Counted from the first letter of the stretch, positions 27,423-40,829 are shown. The stretch is DNA of 64,000 nt from Patellaria atrata CBS 101060 (GCA_010093705.1 MU006094.1:347550-411549), one strand, 5' to 3'. Translations and numbers: made by a program. The notes: generated by a model not told the origin, from the letters alone.

Positions 27423-27903
27423 ATGTCTTCTAGTATATCAAAGATGGCCATTCCAGCCGTCTTATCCGAGATTCACAAACCTTGGAATCCAAAACTTGTT
27501 GCTAACATCAACGGATCGGTTGACTTCAAAGTCGCTAAGCTCCAAGGTTCATTCATTTATCACTCGCACCCTTACACGGATGAACTCTTCTATATCTTGG
27601 CTGGGAAGATGCATATGAAGTTGCGTCTAGACAGTGACGCGGACAGAGAAGAAATCGTGGAATTAGCGGAGGGAGATGTATTCGTCGTTCCGCTAGGGGT
27701 TACAGCATTGTCCAGTCGTACCGGAGGGTGAGGCGAGCGTCTTGATAGTGGAGAGCGTAGGAACAGTGAATACGAGAGATCAAATTGAAAGGTTAGCAGT
27801 GGTCATATACACTCGTAACGGTCTACCGGGCTCCGGCGATCTCAGGAATATCTGCTGATGATCCCGTAGCGACAGGACCGTTGACGTTGAGGATGTGCGA
27901 TAG
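27423..27903 (+). pseudogene. Single-domain cupin (YdbB-like) with a +1 frameshift
   Basis: KPWNPKLVANING..FKVAKLQGSFIYHSHPYTDELFYIL..LAEGDVFVVPLGV. One extra base near 27701 displaces QHCPV..VLIVESVGTVNTRD. Intron 27792-27869, then SDRTVDVEDVR*. Confidence 0.8.
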
Positions 27904-28703
27904 ACGATAGTATCCACGGGTAATAGAAACTTCCCTCTACTGGCGAGAATTACAGGATTCAGACACATATGTGTATGGGTAGACTACTGATAGGTTGAGT
28001 TATTAGAAACAGTTCATACAAAATACCTGGAATGTAGCGTCTGGTAAATTGGCCAAAACCAGTTCTGACGTTGCCATTGGTGCCCATAGATGAACTTAGT
28101 ACCTATGCAGTCCACTGAAATCCATGATATGAGTTCTGTCCGATAAGAAACGGGGATAGACGAAAATGGATACTTCTCCAGATGTCGGCCGGACCGTTGG
28201 AAGCAGCAGCAATGACCTACATCATCAGTAGTCTACAGAAATAGAAAGATATTGATACGATACGAGACTACTTATTCCGCCTGTTATTACATTATTCCAA
28301 ACGCCTACCGAAACCTTCGTCCCTCGTACCTAGCTTGGTATGGTCAAATCTCTACCAAGGAGAAGTAGCGAGTCTCTCAACCAGGTATTTGATACTTCCC
28401 CACAGTGCCATCGACGTCAATGTCGATATGTATCTCTCGTATTGAAGCAGTGCCGTTGTGGTGGTTAATCTATGTTGATCAATTCTGCAAGTCTAAGATC
28501 AGCTTCTCAATTTAAGCTTAATATCTGCACCCTTGTCGCGCATCGTCCAGACAGGAAGTGTGATGTCAGAATAGCGGACGATTGGACGCCACATTATCAG
28601 GAACATCCAAAATATTTCATTCTCCTGGATCAATATGTTTTTAGAACTTCGATCTGGATAGGCGAACGGTTACAGTGATGCTACAGCGGGGACGTGGTGC
28701 GAA

Positions 28704-28710
28704 TATAAAA
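28704..28710 (+). promoter_or_regulatory. TATA box of the small secreted peptide gene
   Basis: TATAAAA ~110 nt upstream of the ATG at 28817, which lies in a good CAACATG context. Confidence 0.55.
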
Positions 28711-28816
28711 GAGAGCTGGGCTTCCTCCTGAAGCCTAAGCACAACGCAACTTGACTGAACACCTAAACCGCATTTCGACACTTCTCGACGAAATTTGAAA
28801 GAACATACCAATCAAC

Positions 28817-29035
28817 ATGAAGTTCGCATCCATCCTCGGCTTCGCTCTCCTCTCCATCGGCTCAGTCTCAGCAGCCGCCACCAAGGACTGGTCCGCTGCA
28901 CCTCCATGCGGTCGTCAAATCCCATCTGGCAAATGCCTTACTAAGTCCCAGTGTCTCCAAGCTGGTGGCGTGTATGTTGCGCGTGAATGCGATTTCTACA
29001 ATGTCGGCGATATCGGGTGCTGCCACAACCTTTAA
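28817..29035 (+). CDS. Small secreted cysteine-rich peptide (72 aa, 6 Cys)
   Basis: Signal peptide MKFASILGFALLSIGSVSA. Mature part has C-x8-C-x5-C-x11-C-x9-CC. TATA box and Kozak-like context. Confidence 0.85.
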   Translation: MKFASILGFALLSIGSVSAAATKDWSAAPPCGRQIPSGKCLTKSQCLQAGGVYVARECDFYNVGDIGCCHNL

Positions 29036-29967
29036 GCTAACATGATCCATAACATGACCTGAGAGGGGTGAGTGATCCGATCCATAAGTTAAGATTTGGG
29101 AATATTTAATAAATGAGCAAGAGTTCAGGCTGACGGAACCGTATGTAGGCGTGAGATAGGATCTGGAGAGTGGGCTCTTGGGCGGGAAAGGTACCTGGAT
29201 GATGTTTAGAGCATCTGCGAATTTCGGATGACCTTAGCTTGAACTTGGGCGGTGTAAGACTGTCGATTATTGAAGCATTGAGCAAAATGGGAGAAATGTT
29301 ATTTAATGCAATAAAGCAAAATTTCCATCAAAAAATTTCACGTGACGAGGAGTGTAGAGAACCGCCGCCTTAGGGTGCGAGAGATGTATAACTATCTTGA
29401 GCAATCTGAAGCAGCATTCACACCCAAAAATAGAACGGGAATATACCCCAGATGAAACTGGAGCTTGGAATCCTTGACAGGAATCGAAATGCTACGATTA
29501 CCGTGGACATACTTGTGACCGACGTGATGATTGAGAATGAAGTATCATGTATTTAATTCGGTCGTCCTGAATATTTTCGACTGATAGTCTCTACTTACTA
29601 GACACAATATTAGTACGTAGCTAAAAAATGGACTGATCAAAATGCGTTACACCTTGGTATTACGGTATATGTATATTGTACGTCTCGATAACTAAAGTCA
29701 AGTCTAGTTCTACAGCGACAGAGAGTGGGGATTAATTTGAGCAGATGATGTTAAAGTGCAAGGACTCAAAATCCATGGATGAAGAGATTTGTTCGTTAAA
29801 TATTTTAGACCATATTCAGGTCGTTGTATGATATAAGGACTTGCGTCTTTTTGACGAAGGACGGGAGAGGTTCGATTGACGGAAGAAATTCCGTGTCGCG
29901 TGTCGCGTCCTCTTAAACAACAACTTCTTTCTGCTGTGTAGTTCTCCCTACTCCAACAAACTACAAC

Positions 29968-31432
29968 ATGCCAGTAAGATCTAATATTGCAACTATTAAG
30001 GTATTCTGAGATGCTAAATATTGATTCTTTAGATCAATAAACGGAAAAATCGATTTTCAGTCCGTAAACGACGTTCAATACAAAGAGAAGCCGACCATGT
30101 TTCTACGCTGATAGAGAGAGCACGATCCAGTTACAACACCTCTACACAAGAGCAGACGCCGCCAGCGTTAGTCGATTCTGCATCCAAGTTACCTAGCAGA
30201 TCACGAAGACGACCACCTTCAAAACCGAATGGTACGCCTAAATATCCAGTAGAAAAGTGGGTAGATGTGGTAGAGGCGAACTCTAGACTGCGGTCCGCGA
30301 AGTCTAACAGGAGGTGTCGTATAGTCCAAGATGATGAGGACGAAGACGAATTGGGAGGAAACTCGAAGAGGGCAGCACAAGCGAAACCTAGTGGTAAGGA
30401 CAACAAGCATCAAAATGGCGCTACCAATGACGCTCAGGGATTTGTACCCAACCCTTCTCTAGAGGACATCAAGGACCGAAGAAGAAATCCTCGAGTTCTT
30501 GAAGGAGATAGGAATCTTCATCACGAACGAGGCAGATTACAGTCGCATCAAGATCCAAAGACAAAAACCCGAGAAAAGAGAAAGAGGGTAGAAGATGATG
30601 ATCATGCCCCCGTTGTTCTTGTTGAGCGGCCGGCGAAGAAGTTCAAGCAGCTTACAACACGAACCCGGTATATTTCTCAGGATACAATGGCTGAAAAGTG
30701 GAGACCTTTGCCACAAGCCGTTCAACATCAGATACGAGAGATATTTCGGGCTGCTAAACGACAGATAATATTGGGCAAACGAGACGATCGACGGAGGGCG
30801 GAGGCAGAAGTTGTCCTGGCTAGTGTCGTAAAGAGACTGGACAAGATGTTACCAAAGATGGCTGTCCCTCAAAAGACGTTAGAAATGCATTTCAACTTGG
30901 ATAAGCTGATCGAGCGCAATGTAGCCCTGGACTCACAACTCACTCCGGCGATGCATTCGGTGGAGCTGCTAAAATCGCAAATTAAGGAACAGGAGCAATT
31001 ACTCAATATTGACAGACAATGTCTCAAGAGGTTGAAGGATGATGCTAGAGAAGAAGAACTACGACAGCGGTCAACGACTCGTGGAGTACGTAGTAACAGA
31101 CCATCATTTCCAAAAGAGCGAGTACTAATGTGCATCAGGTACATCCGGCAATCAAACTGCCTGTGGACTTCGAGAAAGGAGATGATGATCCTGAAAGTAT
31201 ATCGCTGGTGCTTTCTACGCCCTTTGCGGACCAAGTATTAGAGGATGAGATATCCTATCCGGAACTCCAATCCTTACTTGGACAACTTAGAAATCATCTT
31301 GAGAGCATGCAAGCAAACATGGCCCAAGTAGACGGGATCGGAGACGCCCTAATCTCTGCACATGCGTCGCTGGACGGGCTCCTGCATACGCATGCTAGTG
31401 CAGCCCAGTACGATCAGTTGACGAAGGTATGA
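29968..31432 (+). CDS. Inner kinetochore CENP-Q / Fta7 / Okp1-like protein
   Basis: Exons 29968-29973, 30033-31085 and 31139-31432 are in frame. Basic disordered N-terminus, then TRYISQDTMAEKWRPLP..RLDKMLPKMAVP..FNLDKLIERNVALDSQL..SVELLK..QLRNHLESMQAN, matching recalled Pezizomycotina CENP-Q proteins. Confidence 0.8.
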
Positions 31433-32356
31433 AAACGAGGCCTTGGACACTGCATATTGTACGGAGTAGAAGTAATTGGGTACGGATCTATGAATAACGT
31501 TACAAGGCTAGCAAGGTGTAAGGGGTTCATGGTACTGGGGTATATCTCGCAGTGCCTGTTTCAGCTTCTTCAGTTACGATTGATGGCGTTGTCGGCCTCA
31601 CCACCTATTCGATAGATAGAGGGTGTGCTGGCGTGTGATCCACGCATCATTCCGACCCAACACTCTGGTCCCCGGAGGTGATGCATACCGCTCGTATGCT
31701 GTCCGACCTGTAGCAATAGTACGACATGATATATTTGCAAAGGAAGGCATTCGACGTGTGCTTCTTTCAAAGATGATTGCCAAAATACTGGACGCATGTG
31801 CTGTACGCTTTCTATCAACTTCTCCAGAGCTCCCGTTCCTGTATAGATTTCGTATTATTTGTATTTCGCATGCGGGCACAGGACGAACGAATAGAGTTGA
31901 TGGGAATTAGGTAACTTTACACTTCCCAGTTACTTTACAGAAAAGAATGACGGGACCCTTAGGTTAGACCAAGGGACCTTCCCCGCCATGTCCGCCAATC
32001 CGCCGCCCGCTACCGCTCCTCCTCGGCTCAAGTTTTTTTTTACCAAGACTTCATGACAGCAGCCCTTCAAGATGTCCTTAGTAGTGAGCACCCCATACCG
32101 CTCGCGTGCCTCCACTAGCGTTCTCTTTACCTTCTACCAATTGATACTCATGTTCAGTCTTTCCAGGTTTCCAAGCTTTTGTGCCATAAGACCATACTGT
32201 CGTGCCCGCCATTGACGCCGTGCTCCCATATTCCGACCTCTCGACGCACTCCTACCTGACCACGTCTTTGTACTACCACTTGATGCGACTAGATCGTCCC
32301 GATATCCGCATCTCCGTGATTGAAGGTGTGGACCCGGCAGCGCGCGACCGCATTAG

Positions 32357-34351
32357 ATGAGTGAGGATTCACAAAAGTCTATTGTCAGAGCCTCCAATGG
32401 ACCAGTCGCTCAGGAGATGACGTCTAAGAATACAATTCGAACCGCCGATATCAACGAATCCAGCACGCCTCAATCTGATGCTCCTGCAAAGAGTAGCTTG
32501 TCACCCGTTGGGGACGGCGCAACTAAGAATTCAAAGAAGCGGCGGAAAGTGAATCATGGTCAGAAAACGGTTACCTGCATCTTGACACATGGCGCTCGGC
32601 TTTGCTAATTCGTGGCGTATATTTTCAGCATGCATATACTGTAGACGCTCGGTGAGCAGTTGCCCTGTCCCTCGAGCTCGTTCGAGATCTGAGCACCACA
32701 TTTTATATTTCCCCTGATATTGGACGTCTGCATTAAATACACGCCAGCTGACTTTGGGGCCTGCTTTGCCGGAAACAGCATATGACCTGCGATCTTGTAC
32801 GTTAGTGCCTTTCTTTGCACTCCAACGACACGTCTGACCCACGCACTGTTGTTACCACACAGGAGAGACCATGTACCAGGTGCATCAAGCGAGATATTGG
32901 CCACCTATGCCATGACGAGCCGCGAGATCCCTCGAAGAAGAGTAAATCGGAGCATGGCCAGGACGGAAAGGAGGAGGCTCTCTCAAGAGGAGCGCCTACT
33001 TCTCCGGAGACTGCTCTTGGTCCAGTCGAGCAGGTTTTGAATCAACAAGATGCAGGTCTCCACCTTGGTCCGCCTCCCCTGCCTCAGAATCGTCCTCCTA
33101 ATGCAGTGCCGATCGCTCAGCCTTCATCGGTTTCTGCGCCACATATCCCCTCTCTAACGAACAATAATCAATCCTGTCCGTTACACAATACTTGAGTACG
33201 AGCCAACTTTATGCTGATATCTCACGTAGACTTAAACTTTGGTAATGACTGGAATCTTGGTTCAAATAGCCAATTTCAAGACATGCAGAGCTTTCATCCG
33301 TCGTATATGTTCAACGCTTCAGAAGTTACGAACGAGTATAACCTTCTCAACGACTTCCTCAGCAACAGCTTGCTTGACGAGGGCACACTCCTTGGAGGTG
33401 AAGATATTCACGGTCTGTTTTCAGATCCCTCTCTCACCAGCAATCTCGGGACAGCTTCCGGGAGCAACGCCATGATCAACGCCGATCAACCACACAACCA
33501 ATTTATCCACCCCTCTCAAGCCGCGGGGAACGCAATCCCGCGACCAGGAAGCGCCCTTCCACTAGACAAGGCTAGGGAAAAGTACTATATGACGGCGGCC
33601 GATCCTGCAGGCACTGATACGCCTGAAGAGCGGATGAACAAGCTACTCAAAGCCAAGTACGATGCCGGCCTGCTAAAGCCTTTCAATTACGTGAAAGGTT
33701 ACGCGCGTCTGAATCAGTACATGGAACAGAACATGAGTCCGACCTCGCGGAATTTGATTCTTAGACAATTGGACAAATTTCGGCCCAAGTTTCGGGAGCG
33801 TATGCATTCTCTTACGGACATCGAGCTTATACTCGTGGAGTTTTGGTTCGAAAAACGCTTGATGGAATACGACCGTGTCTTTGCGAGCATGGCCATCCCT
33901 GCTTGCTGCTGGAGAAGGACAGGCGAGATCTTCAGGGGCAACAAAGAAATGGCGGAGCTAATCCATGTTCCAATGGAAAGATTGAGAGATGTGAGTCCGC
34001 AGACCCAGTTCTAAACTCATTGTGACGTTGACATGGAACACCAGGGCAACATTTCTTTACACGAAATCATGGTTCAAGATTCACTAGTCAGCTACTGGCA
34101 AAAATTTGGCGCTATTGCGTTTGATAGCTCTCAAAAAGCAATCCTTACTAGCTGCTCATTAAAGAATCCGGGTCGAAACTCGAAGGACCCGGAGATTAAG
34201 TGTTGTTTTTCTTTCACCATACGCCGCGATAACCATAACATGTAAGTACCAAATTTACGACGATATGTAATCTTTACAGTAAGCTTACCTCACCTTCAGC
34301 CCCTCACTCATCGTCGGGAATTTCCTCCCTCAACTCCCTCCGAGTCATTAG
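32357..34351 (+). CDS. acuM: Zn2Cys6 transcription factor, gluconeogenesis regulator AcuM/Rds2
   Basis: Spliced KKRRKVNHACIYCRRSHMTCDLERPCTRCIKRDIGHLCHDEPR. C-terminal AKYDAGLLKPFNYVKGYARL and YDRVFASMAIPACCWRRTGEIFRGNKEMAEL..CCFSFTIRRD..IVGNFLP. Confidence 0.93.
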
Positions 34352-34760
34352 GTAGACTTCTTTTCACCTGCATATACGTTCCAGTGCACAACTCCATTCA
34401 TTATCCGGATCTACCAGGCTAAGGTAGACAGTACCACTACTCATTTAACTGGATTGTATATACGGCGTTCTTCCCTCTATTGTAGAGACAATTGAGCGAT
34501 CGGGAGGCTGGGTTTGAATTTCAACATAAGGATTCAATTGTCATACAAAAGCGGCTTTCATAGCCATATAATAGACGTTTTCGAATTTCGCAGAACTACA
34601 AGTGCATAACTGAGGTGAGGTAGATGTAATGTTTTCGTGATTTCTGTTGATGGGGCTCTTCCATCGCCCCTTCCTCAACTGAAATTCCTCGTTTTACTTA
34701 CCTTAGTTCCTTTGATGTGATCTCTAAACTGGCTTGTTCTGTCTGAATTCATCTCACAAA

Positions 34761-37700
34761 ATGGGTCCTCCCAATACTACGAAAGCAGAGAAAGGGATGA
34801 AAGCAAAATCCCTGTTGAGTAAGTTTCTCTCTTCGAACATCCCCGTGCAAGAGGGTTGACGCGCTCTAGGATTCGCAGCGTTCTTGTCAACTCGCTTGCA
34901 AGATGCGAATGATACAACTGTCGCTTTTGAGATTCAGAATCATATCAATGGACTTCCGCTCCAACCCAACTCCCTTGGCCCAAATGTACAGACCGAGCTC
35001 GATCGGTTGGGGACGGAGCTTTGGAATTTTTCGACCCGAATGCGACGTGATTCAAGTGCTGAAATCAACGCAGAAGTCCTATGTCTTGTCCGCGTGTTTT
35101 CTTTCTTCCTTCTAGATAGCGCTCAAGGAAGCATAACCCCAAGGATAGATCGCAATGTTCGACTGATGAAAGTTGCCCTGAAAGCCGCGAAGTATTGTCT
35201 GGAACATAAAAGCATAGTGCTTGCGCTGAAGATGCTTGAGAGGGCGGCAGAGTATGAGCGGCAAATTGAAAGTGCAGACGAAGGAGCGAGCGAGGAGCAA
35301 AGGGTCGTCGGGAGCAGGTTGAGAATGGAGTACTTCATCCTAAGAATTATGCTGGTAGGTCTCGCAGCGCTATTCAATAAAACACTCATTAAGATCAATG
35401 AATCTCTAGGCTTGGAAACAAGATCGCCTCGACTTAGCGGAATATATGTTTCCCAAAGCTTGTCTTAAAGATGGCCTACGCGATCCGACGCTTATGGAGA
35501 GCCTATCAGACCTTCTATTTGAGATCGGGAAAAGCATGCTAAGGTGTGAACAGTATGAAATGGCAGTTAAGTGGCTTGAGAGAGCGTATGATACGCTCGA
35601 AGACCAAGATATAGAGACTCTAAGTGGTGATGCTAGCGAATTGAGACTGAGTATCATGCATGGACTAGGCACGTTGACTCACATACGCTCATGTTAAAAT
35701 CCGACTAATTCATTTCAACAGTCAAAGCATTTCTAGGAATGAAAACAGATGATGCGCGCATTAGAGCGTGGGATATTACCACTTTACTTGACGCTGTCAG
35801 TACACTGTCCGGGCCATCTATCTCTTGCTTAACGTTAGTAGGATTTTAGCGACAAAATGATTGTCTCTCTCTTGAAGTTAGAGCTGTTATCAGAAGATCC
35901 ACACTCAGATCATGAACAATATTTTACTGGTAAGTTGAACTACTCCTTCTCGTAATAATTACCCTAATATCATAAATCAGTACTCCAGCGGATGGGCCGT
36001 TCCATAGTGTTAAATGACGCGAATTTCAAAACGTACATGTTGTGGAATATCTACACTACCATCTTACTAACCCTTGTAAAGGATCATGCATCATATCCAC
36101 AAACTCAAGTCTAAAAGGTGCGGATAGTTTATTCTATGCTCAGTCGAAATGCTGATTAGATTAGTCCCGAGCTCGCTTGCAAGATTCTAGATAATCTCAT
36201 CAGCTCAAGGTTATATTCAGCTGATAATCTAGGATGGATAGAAAAGGCCATTATAACCCACATATGGATTTTATCCAGTCTACCGGAAACCACAACAATA
36301 CTTGAATCTCTCTCAAACCTGCTAGATTCGGTATCAGAAAACGTTAAGGATCAGCTTCCCGGACCAGCAACTCACGCTGCTCACACTGTACGTGGTTTCA
36401 TAATATTTTCATTTGCTTAGTTGATTAAATTGCAATGTAGCTATTGTGGAAACGTATAGAAAAGTTATACGGCGAGAATCAATACGAGGCCGCAGAGTCT
36501 TGGTGTCGACTTTCTACTCACAGAGTGTTCAAGAATTCGGGGGAATCAAACCTCTCCAAGTTTTCTAGGTCAGTGATTAGTCAACTCAAATTCTTTCAAC
36601 TTCGATTAACACCCATAAGGAAGACTATTTTATGCGCTTTAGCAAGGCAAGATTTTGGAGCAGCTAGGGAAGCATTCTTCCAAATGTCAGACAGCGGGAA
36701 AGATGCCCCTTTAACCCGATACCTGATGTATAAAGTAGCAATAAAGGGCGGAGATACTGACCTTGGTGACTATCACAGACCTTCCCATGGCGAAGTGCAT
36801 CAGCTAATCGAGATAGCTCTCGAGTGTCTGGATATTGTTTGCAGGGAGTCGTCCAAAGATGCTACCCTACTCTATGCATGTGTACTAGAGGCACAGCAAT
36901 CAGGCGATAGAAGGCAAGCAGTGGTCGCACTTCAAAAAGTGTTAGAAAAGTATCAATACTCAGCCCCTCAGGGTGTTCATCTCCCGGCACTCTTACGGTA
37001 TGCACCATAGCGTGATGAGAATTGCCTTATTCTGATTATTTTCAGATGTACTGCTAGACTTCTAATGGCAGAGCTCGATTTCAAGGATGATGCCGCTTTC
37101 GATACTTCTGAGGAGCTGTGTAGACTATTTGAAGGAGGTGAGCTTCCCCCAATAACATTGAAACGAATCAATGTGCTAAGCTGTTTCTTCCATAGCTGCT
37201 AAACAAGCAAATAAGCCAAATAATCGAGTCAGCAGCTCAGGGGAAGGTGACTTTATCTCTCTTGAACTTGAATGGTTCTCTAGAAACATATACAACTTAG
37301 CACTGAAATTTTGTACTGATTTCCACCCTATACATCTGGCTCGTTTGCTTGGATCCTGTGTTGAAGTAAATAAAGTCCATCCTTAGGGCATGACGACAAC
37401 GCTAATATTCTCAGTTTATTACTCTACTTCAGAAAGACGGTAGTACCGATATCAATCTCATTCTTCGACGCATGTTCTGCTACTTCCTTAGAGCTTCTGC
37501 GTATATTACTTTGGCAAGGGCAGAAGATGAACCTGCTAACTCTGTACGTTCACGGTGCTAATAGACAAAATAATTCCTTCTGATGATATAGATACAACAT
37601 TACACGGATGCGCGAAAACAGATCCGAGCGTACCGAAACGCCTTACCTTCTTTATTAGCATCAGATGATCTCAATGATCCCGCACGGGATGATTTAATTT

Positions 37701-38446
37701 CGAAGCATTTCGAGCTCGTCAAGTTCGAGTTGGAGAGCACATTGAAGTTGAGTGATTGGGATGCGATGGATGAGCTTTTCGATGTAAGCTAATATCCACA
37801 CCTGGCAGATAACTTCTTGTTAACACGAACGCGCACAGGCTTGCTGGAAATACGAGAACCCAAAACAGTATGATACACTCGCAGACCTTGTACTTGTGGT
37901 CTACCATAGAATCATCGAAGTTAGCGCCGGTTCTTCTTACCAAGAAAGTAGGTTTATGCTTCCTTCGATTTGAAGCCCTGCTTATTTGTATATTACAGAG
38001 GTCTTAGCAGTCCTACAAAAGATTATAAATCTGACCTGGCGCGCCAACTCAGACGACGTGCTCACCCTCAGTCGCTGGATCCGCTGCCTCTTTCAGCTAG
38101 CACTCAGTTTCAATGAGAGCGTGAGCTTACAGTGTCTCGATCAGGCTAAGATCATTGCTGAGATGAGGAAGGACGTAAGATATGCTTCGATCGCTCCCTT
38201 TTTACAGACCGTTTGACGCTAACCAAGGAACTTTCTCCCTAGACAAATCAACCCTATCCCGCTACCGAACTGTCTTGGCTTGTAGCAACTGCTTTTAATC
38301 GGGCTGTGGATTTATACTGCGCATCTGACGAGAAGAACTGCAGGTTGTGGGCTGAGAAGGCGTTGACTGTTGCGAGTTTGGTCGATGATGGTGGTGTGCT
38401 GCATGCGGAGATGGAGCAGAAGTTTTCGGGTTTGACGTGGGAGTGA
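34761..38446 (+). CDS. spo22: Meiosis-specific TPR protein Spo22/Zip4
   Basis: ELDRLGTELWNFSTR, LVRVFSFFLLDSA, YEMAVKWLERAYD, ATHAAHTLLWKRIE, LTRYLMYKVAI, DATLLYACVLEAQ, ELEWFSRNIYNLAL, LSRWIRCLFQLAL and YPATELSWLVATAFNRAVD. About 17 short introns; not every junction was frame-checked. Confidence 0.9.
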
Positions 38447-39248
38447 TTTGGGATTTGTTGCTGGATGAATTAGAGGGCAGAATGAGGATAGACGAACTGT
38501 TAGCTGAGGAAGTAAAAGCATCACTGATGATACTCTTGTATTAATTGTACAGTACGATTGCTATTTAAGATAATTGAATTTATTATTATACTGTCCAAGG
38601 ATCTACTAGTAACGGACCTAGAAAGCAGGCATACCGTATTTTAGCGGGGGTCCAGGGGGTTGCAGAGGAGCATTTACGGGGGGCGCTATGGCTTGACGAC
38701 GCCCGCCTATAAATTACTCTCCCCGGTCCTGCCCGTTCCCGTTCAGCTGTCAGGTACCGCTTATTCTCCGTAATCATCATTCCTCTCATTCCTTTCACAT
38801 TTCTCCAGTCCTTCCCCACTGATGTATCACGAGTTCTCACCGATACATATGGACCTATGATTGTATCTACATTCTCTCCGCACGGAAAACTTGGTCCTAT
38901 TATTCAGCACCTGAAATGTTCCCCAGATGGAGACTTATTGCGTGATTGAGTCACGGATAACGTAACTATCTTCATTCACGCACTCCTCCTGGCTCCTGTT
39001 ATCTTTGTCCATGCGTCGGTCTTGCTAACTGGAACGTATAAAGCTGAGATTTCCCTTCCATATTGCCCATATTTTTCAGCATAACTGGAGAATAAGTACA
39101 TTCTTTTTGCTCCCGTCTTTACTTGCTCTCAATTTTTTACCTACCTTAGTCTAGAGATAACTAGTCCACTCTCCTCTGACAGGTCTCCGTAACTCATAGC
39201 AGTTGTCCTTTCTTTGAAAAGTGTCTTTGTTTCCTTCCGTGCTTGATT

Positions 39249-40123
39249 ATGGCTGCCGCCGTCGAGATTGCGACCCCATATCATACTTCTCGCGATTTCG
39301 TAGATGCTGCACAGTCTATTACAGAGCAGGAAGATCTCAGATATGCTTCCGGAAACCTTAGCTACTTGTACAACACCTATCTTCTGGACCACAATCATGT
39401 CACTACCGATTTCAATGCTCTCAAATTCTCCGCAGCAGCTTCCCAGCAATTGGTCACCAACGAGACCCTCACGCCAGGGGTCAAACTCTCCAGCAAGCTT
39501 ATCATCTCTCCCTACAATGAACCTGAATCACTACTAGACCTCGATACGCTGAATCTTCCCAATCAGCTTCTTGCCAAAGCTTTTACCTATTTACAGCCGG
39601 TCCTAAAGGACTATGCTACGGCAGATTATGCGGAATCCCTCAACTGGGATGATATTTTCAGGAAGCTCCGGGAATTTGCCGCCGCTGAGGACTATACCTG
39701 GAAGGAGCAATCTTTCTATCTTGTTATTTTCCGCTCACATCTTAAATCAAATATCGATAATGACCTCCTTTTCAATCTCGATCACCATTCAGTTAAAGAA
39801 GCTTGCGCTAGTGGAGGACTACTGAAGTACTGGTTTGGTACTAAGGACCAGGAGCACCGGAACTTAGCAACTTGTATGTTTACTCTTAGTTCAAGGTTCA
39901 AGAGGTCTCCAAACCCTCAGATGATGCTAACAGGTAGATAGGCGTTTGGCGAAATAGAGAAGATGCCCATAAAGGAGGTACAGGACCGTGGCATCGCCGA
40001 GCTAGACTTGCAGCTCGGGAGTTGTACCAGGATATCAAGTTTTCAACCCATACTCTAACTATTAGTGATGATGTTCAAAGCTGGAGCATTGAAGGTATTG
40101 GTGGTCGTTCAGTTCCTGAATAG
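39249..40123 (+). CDS. Conserved fungal UPF0643 (PB2B2.08-like) protein
   Basis: LIISPYNEPESLLDL, FYLVIFRS, EACASGGLLKYWFG, RNLATC, then intron 39874-39941, then VWRNREDAHKGGTGPWHRRA. Confidence 0.85.
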
Positions 40124-40829
40124 TTCACGATGATTTTCAGCATGGCTCATGGCTCCGAATTTGAAAAAGAAGCGTGGGATCTAGCATGGCGTTTGGAGTA
40201 TCCTATATCGGTTCAAGCATGTTTTCTGTGGAGTTCAAAAGGTTTCAAAAGGGCTTTATGGTACGAGACTGTCAGAATTTTCGTCCCCCTTTTCATAACA
40301 AATCCAACCTAACCTCGATTGATATTAACTTTTCGCGAAAAACTTCCCTTGATTCTGTGTGGCTTTATCATACAGGGTTGACCCTACCCCCGCGCTTCTG
40401 ACTTACGCAGCACATAAGAAGCTACTGAACTACGTCATCTAGATCTCGCAATAATCGTTGCATATCTTGATTTCCTCAACCACATCTAGAATAGCTGATG
40501 AGATGTAGAGACTTAAATCTAACCACGTTCAAGTATAACATTCTCATCTCCAAATGATCAAGTCGGTTTGCCTTACCATACAATGAGAAATTGTCTTATT
40601 ATTCATCTGCAACACATCCAGTCCATCCTTGCTCGTTCATATCAGTATTTTGAGATCTTTTAGCTTTATCACTTAGCGTATTCGCTTTCTTGAGATATTC
40701 ACTTCTGAATCACGCCTGCAGATTGACTATACTTTCCGTCGAAAGTACACTTCATCAATTTGATTATACGTACATTAAGTGCGCAGCCCGAAACAACACT
40801 ACTATACCAATCAATAGCCGCATATAGAG

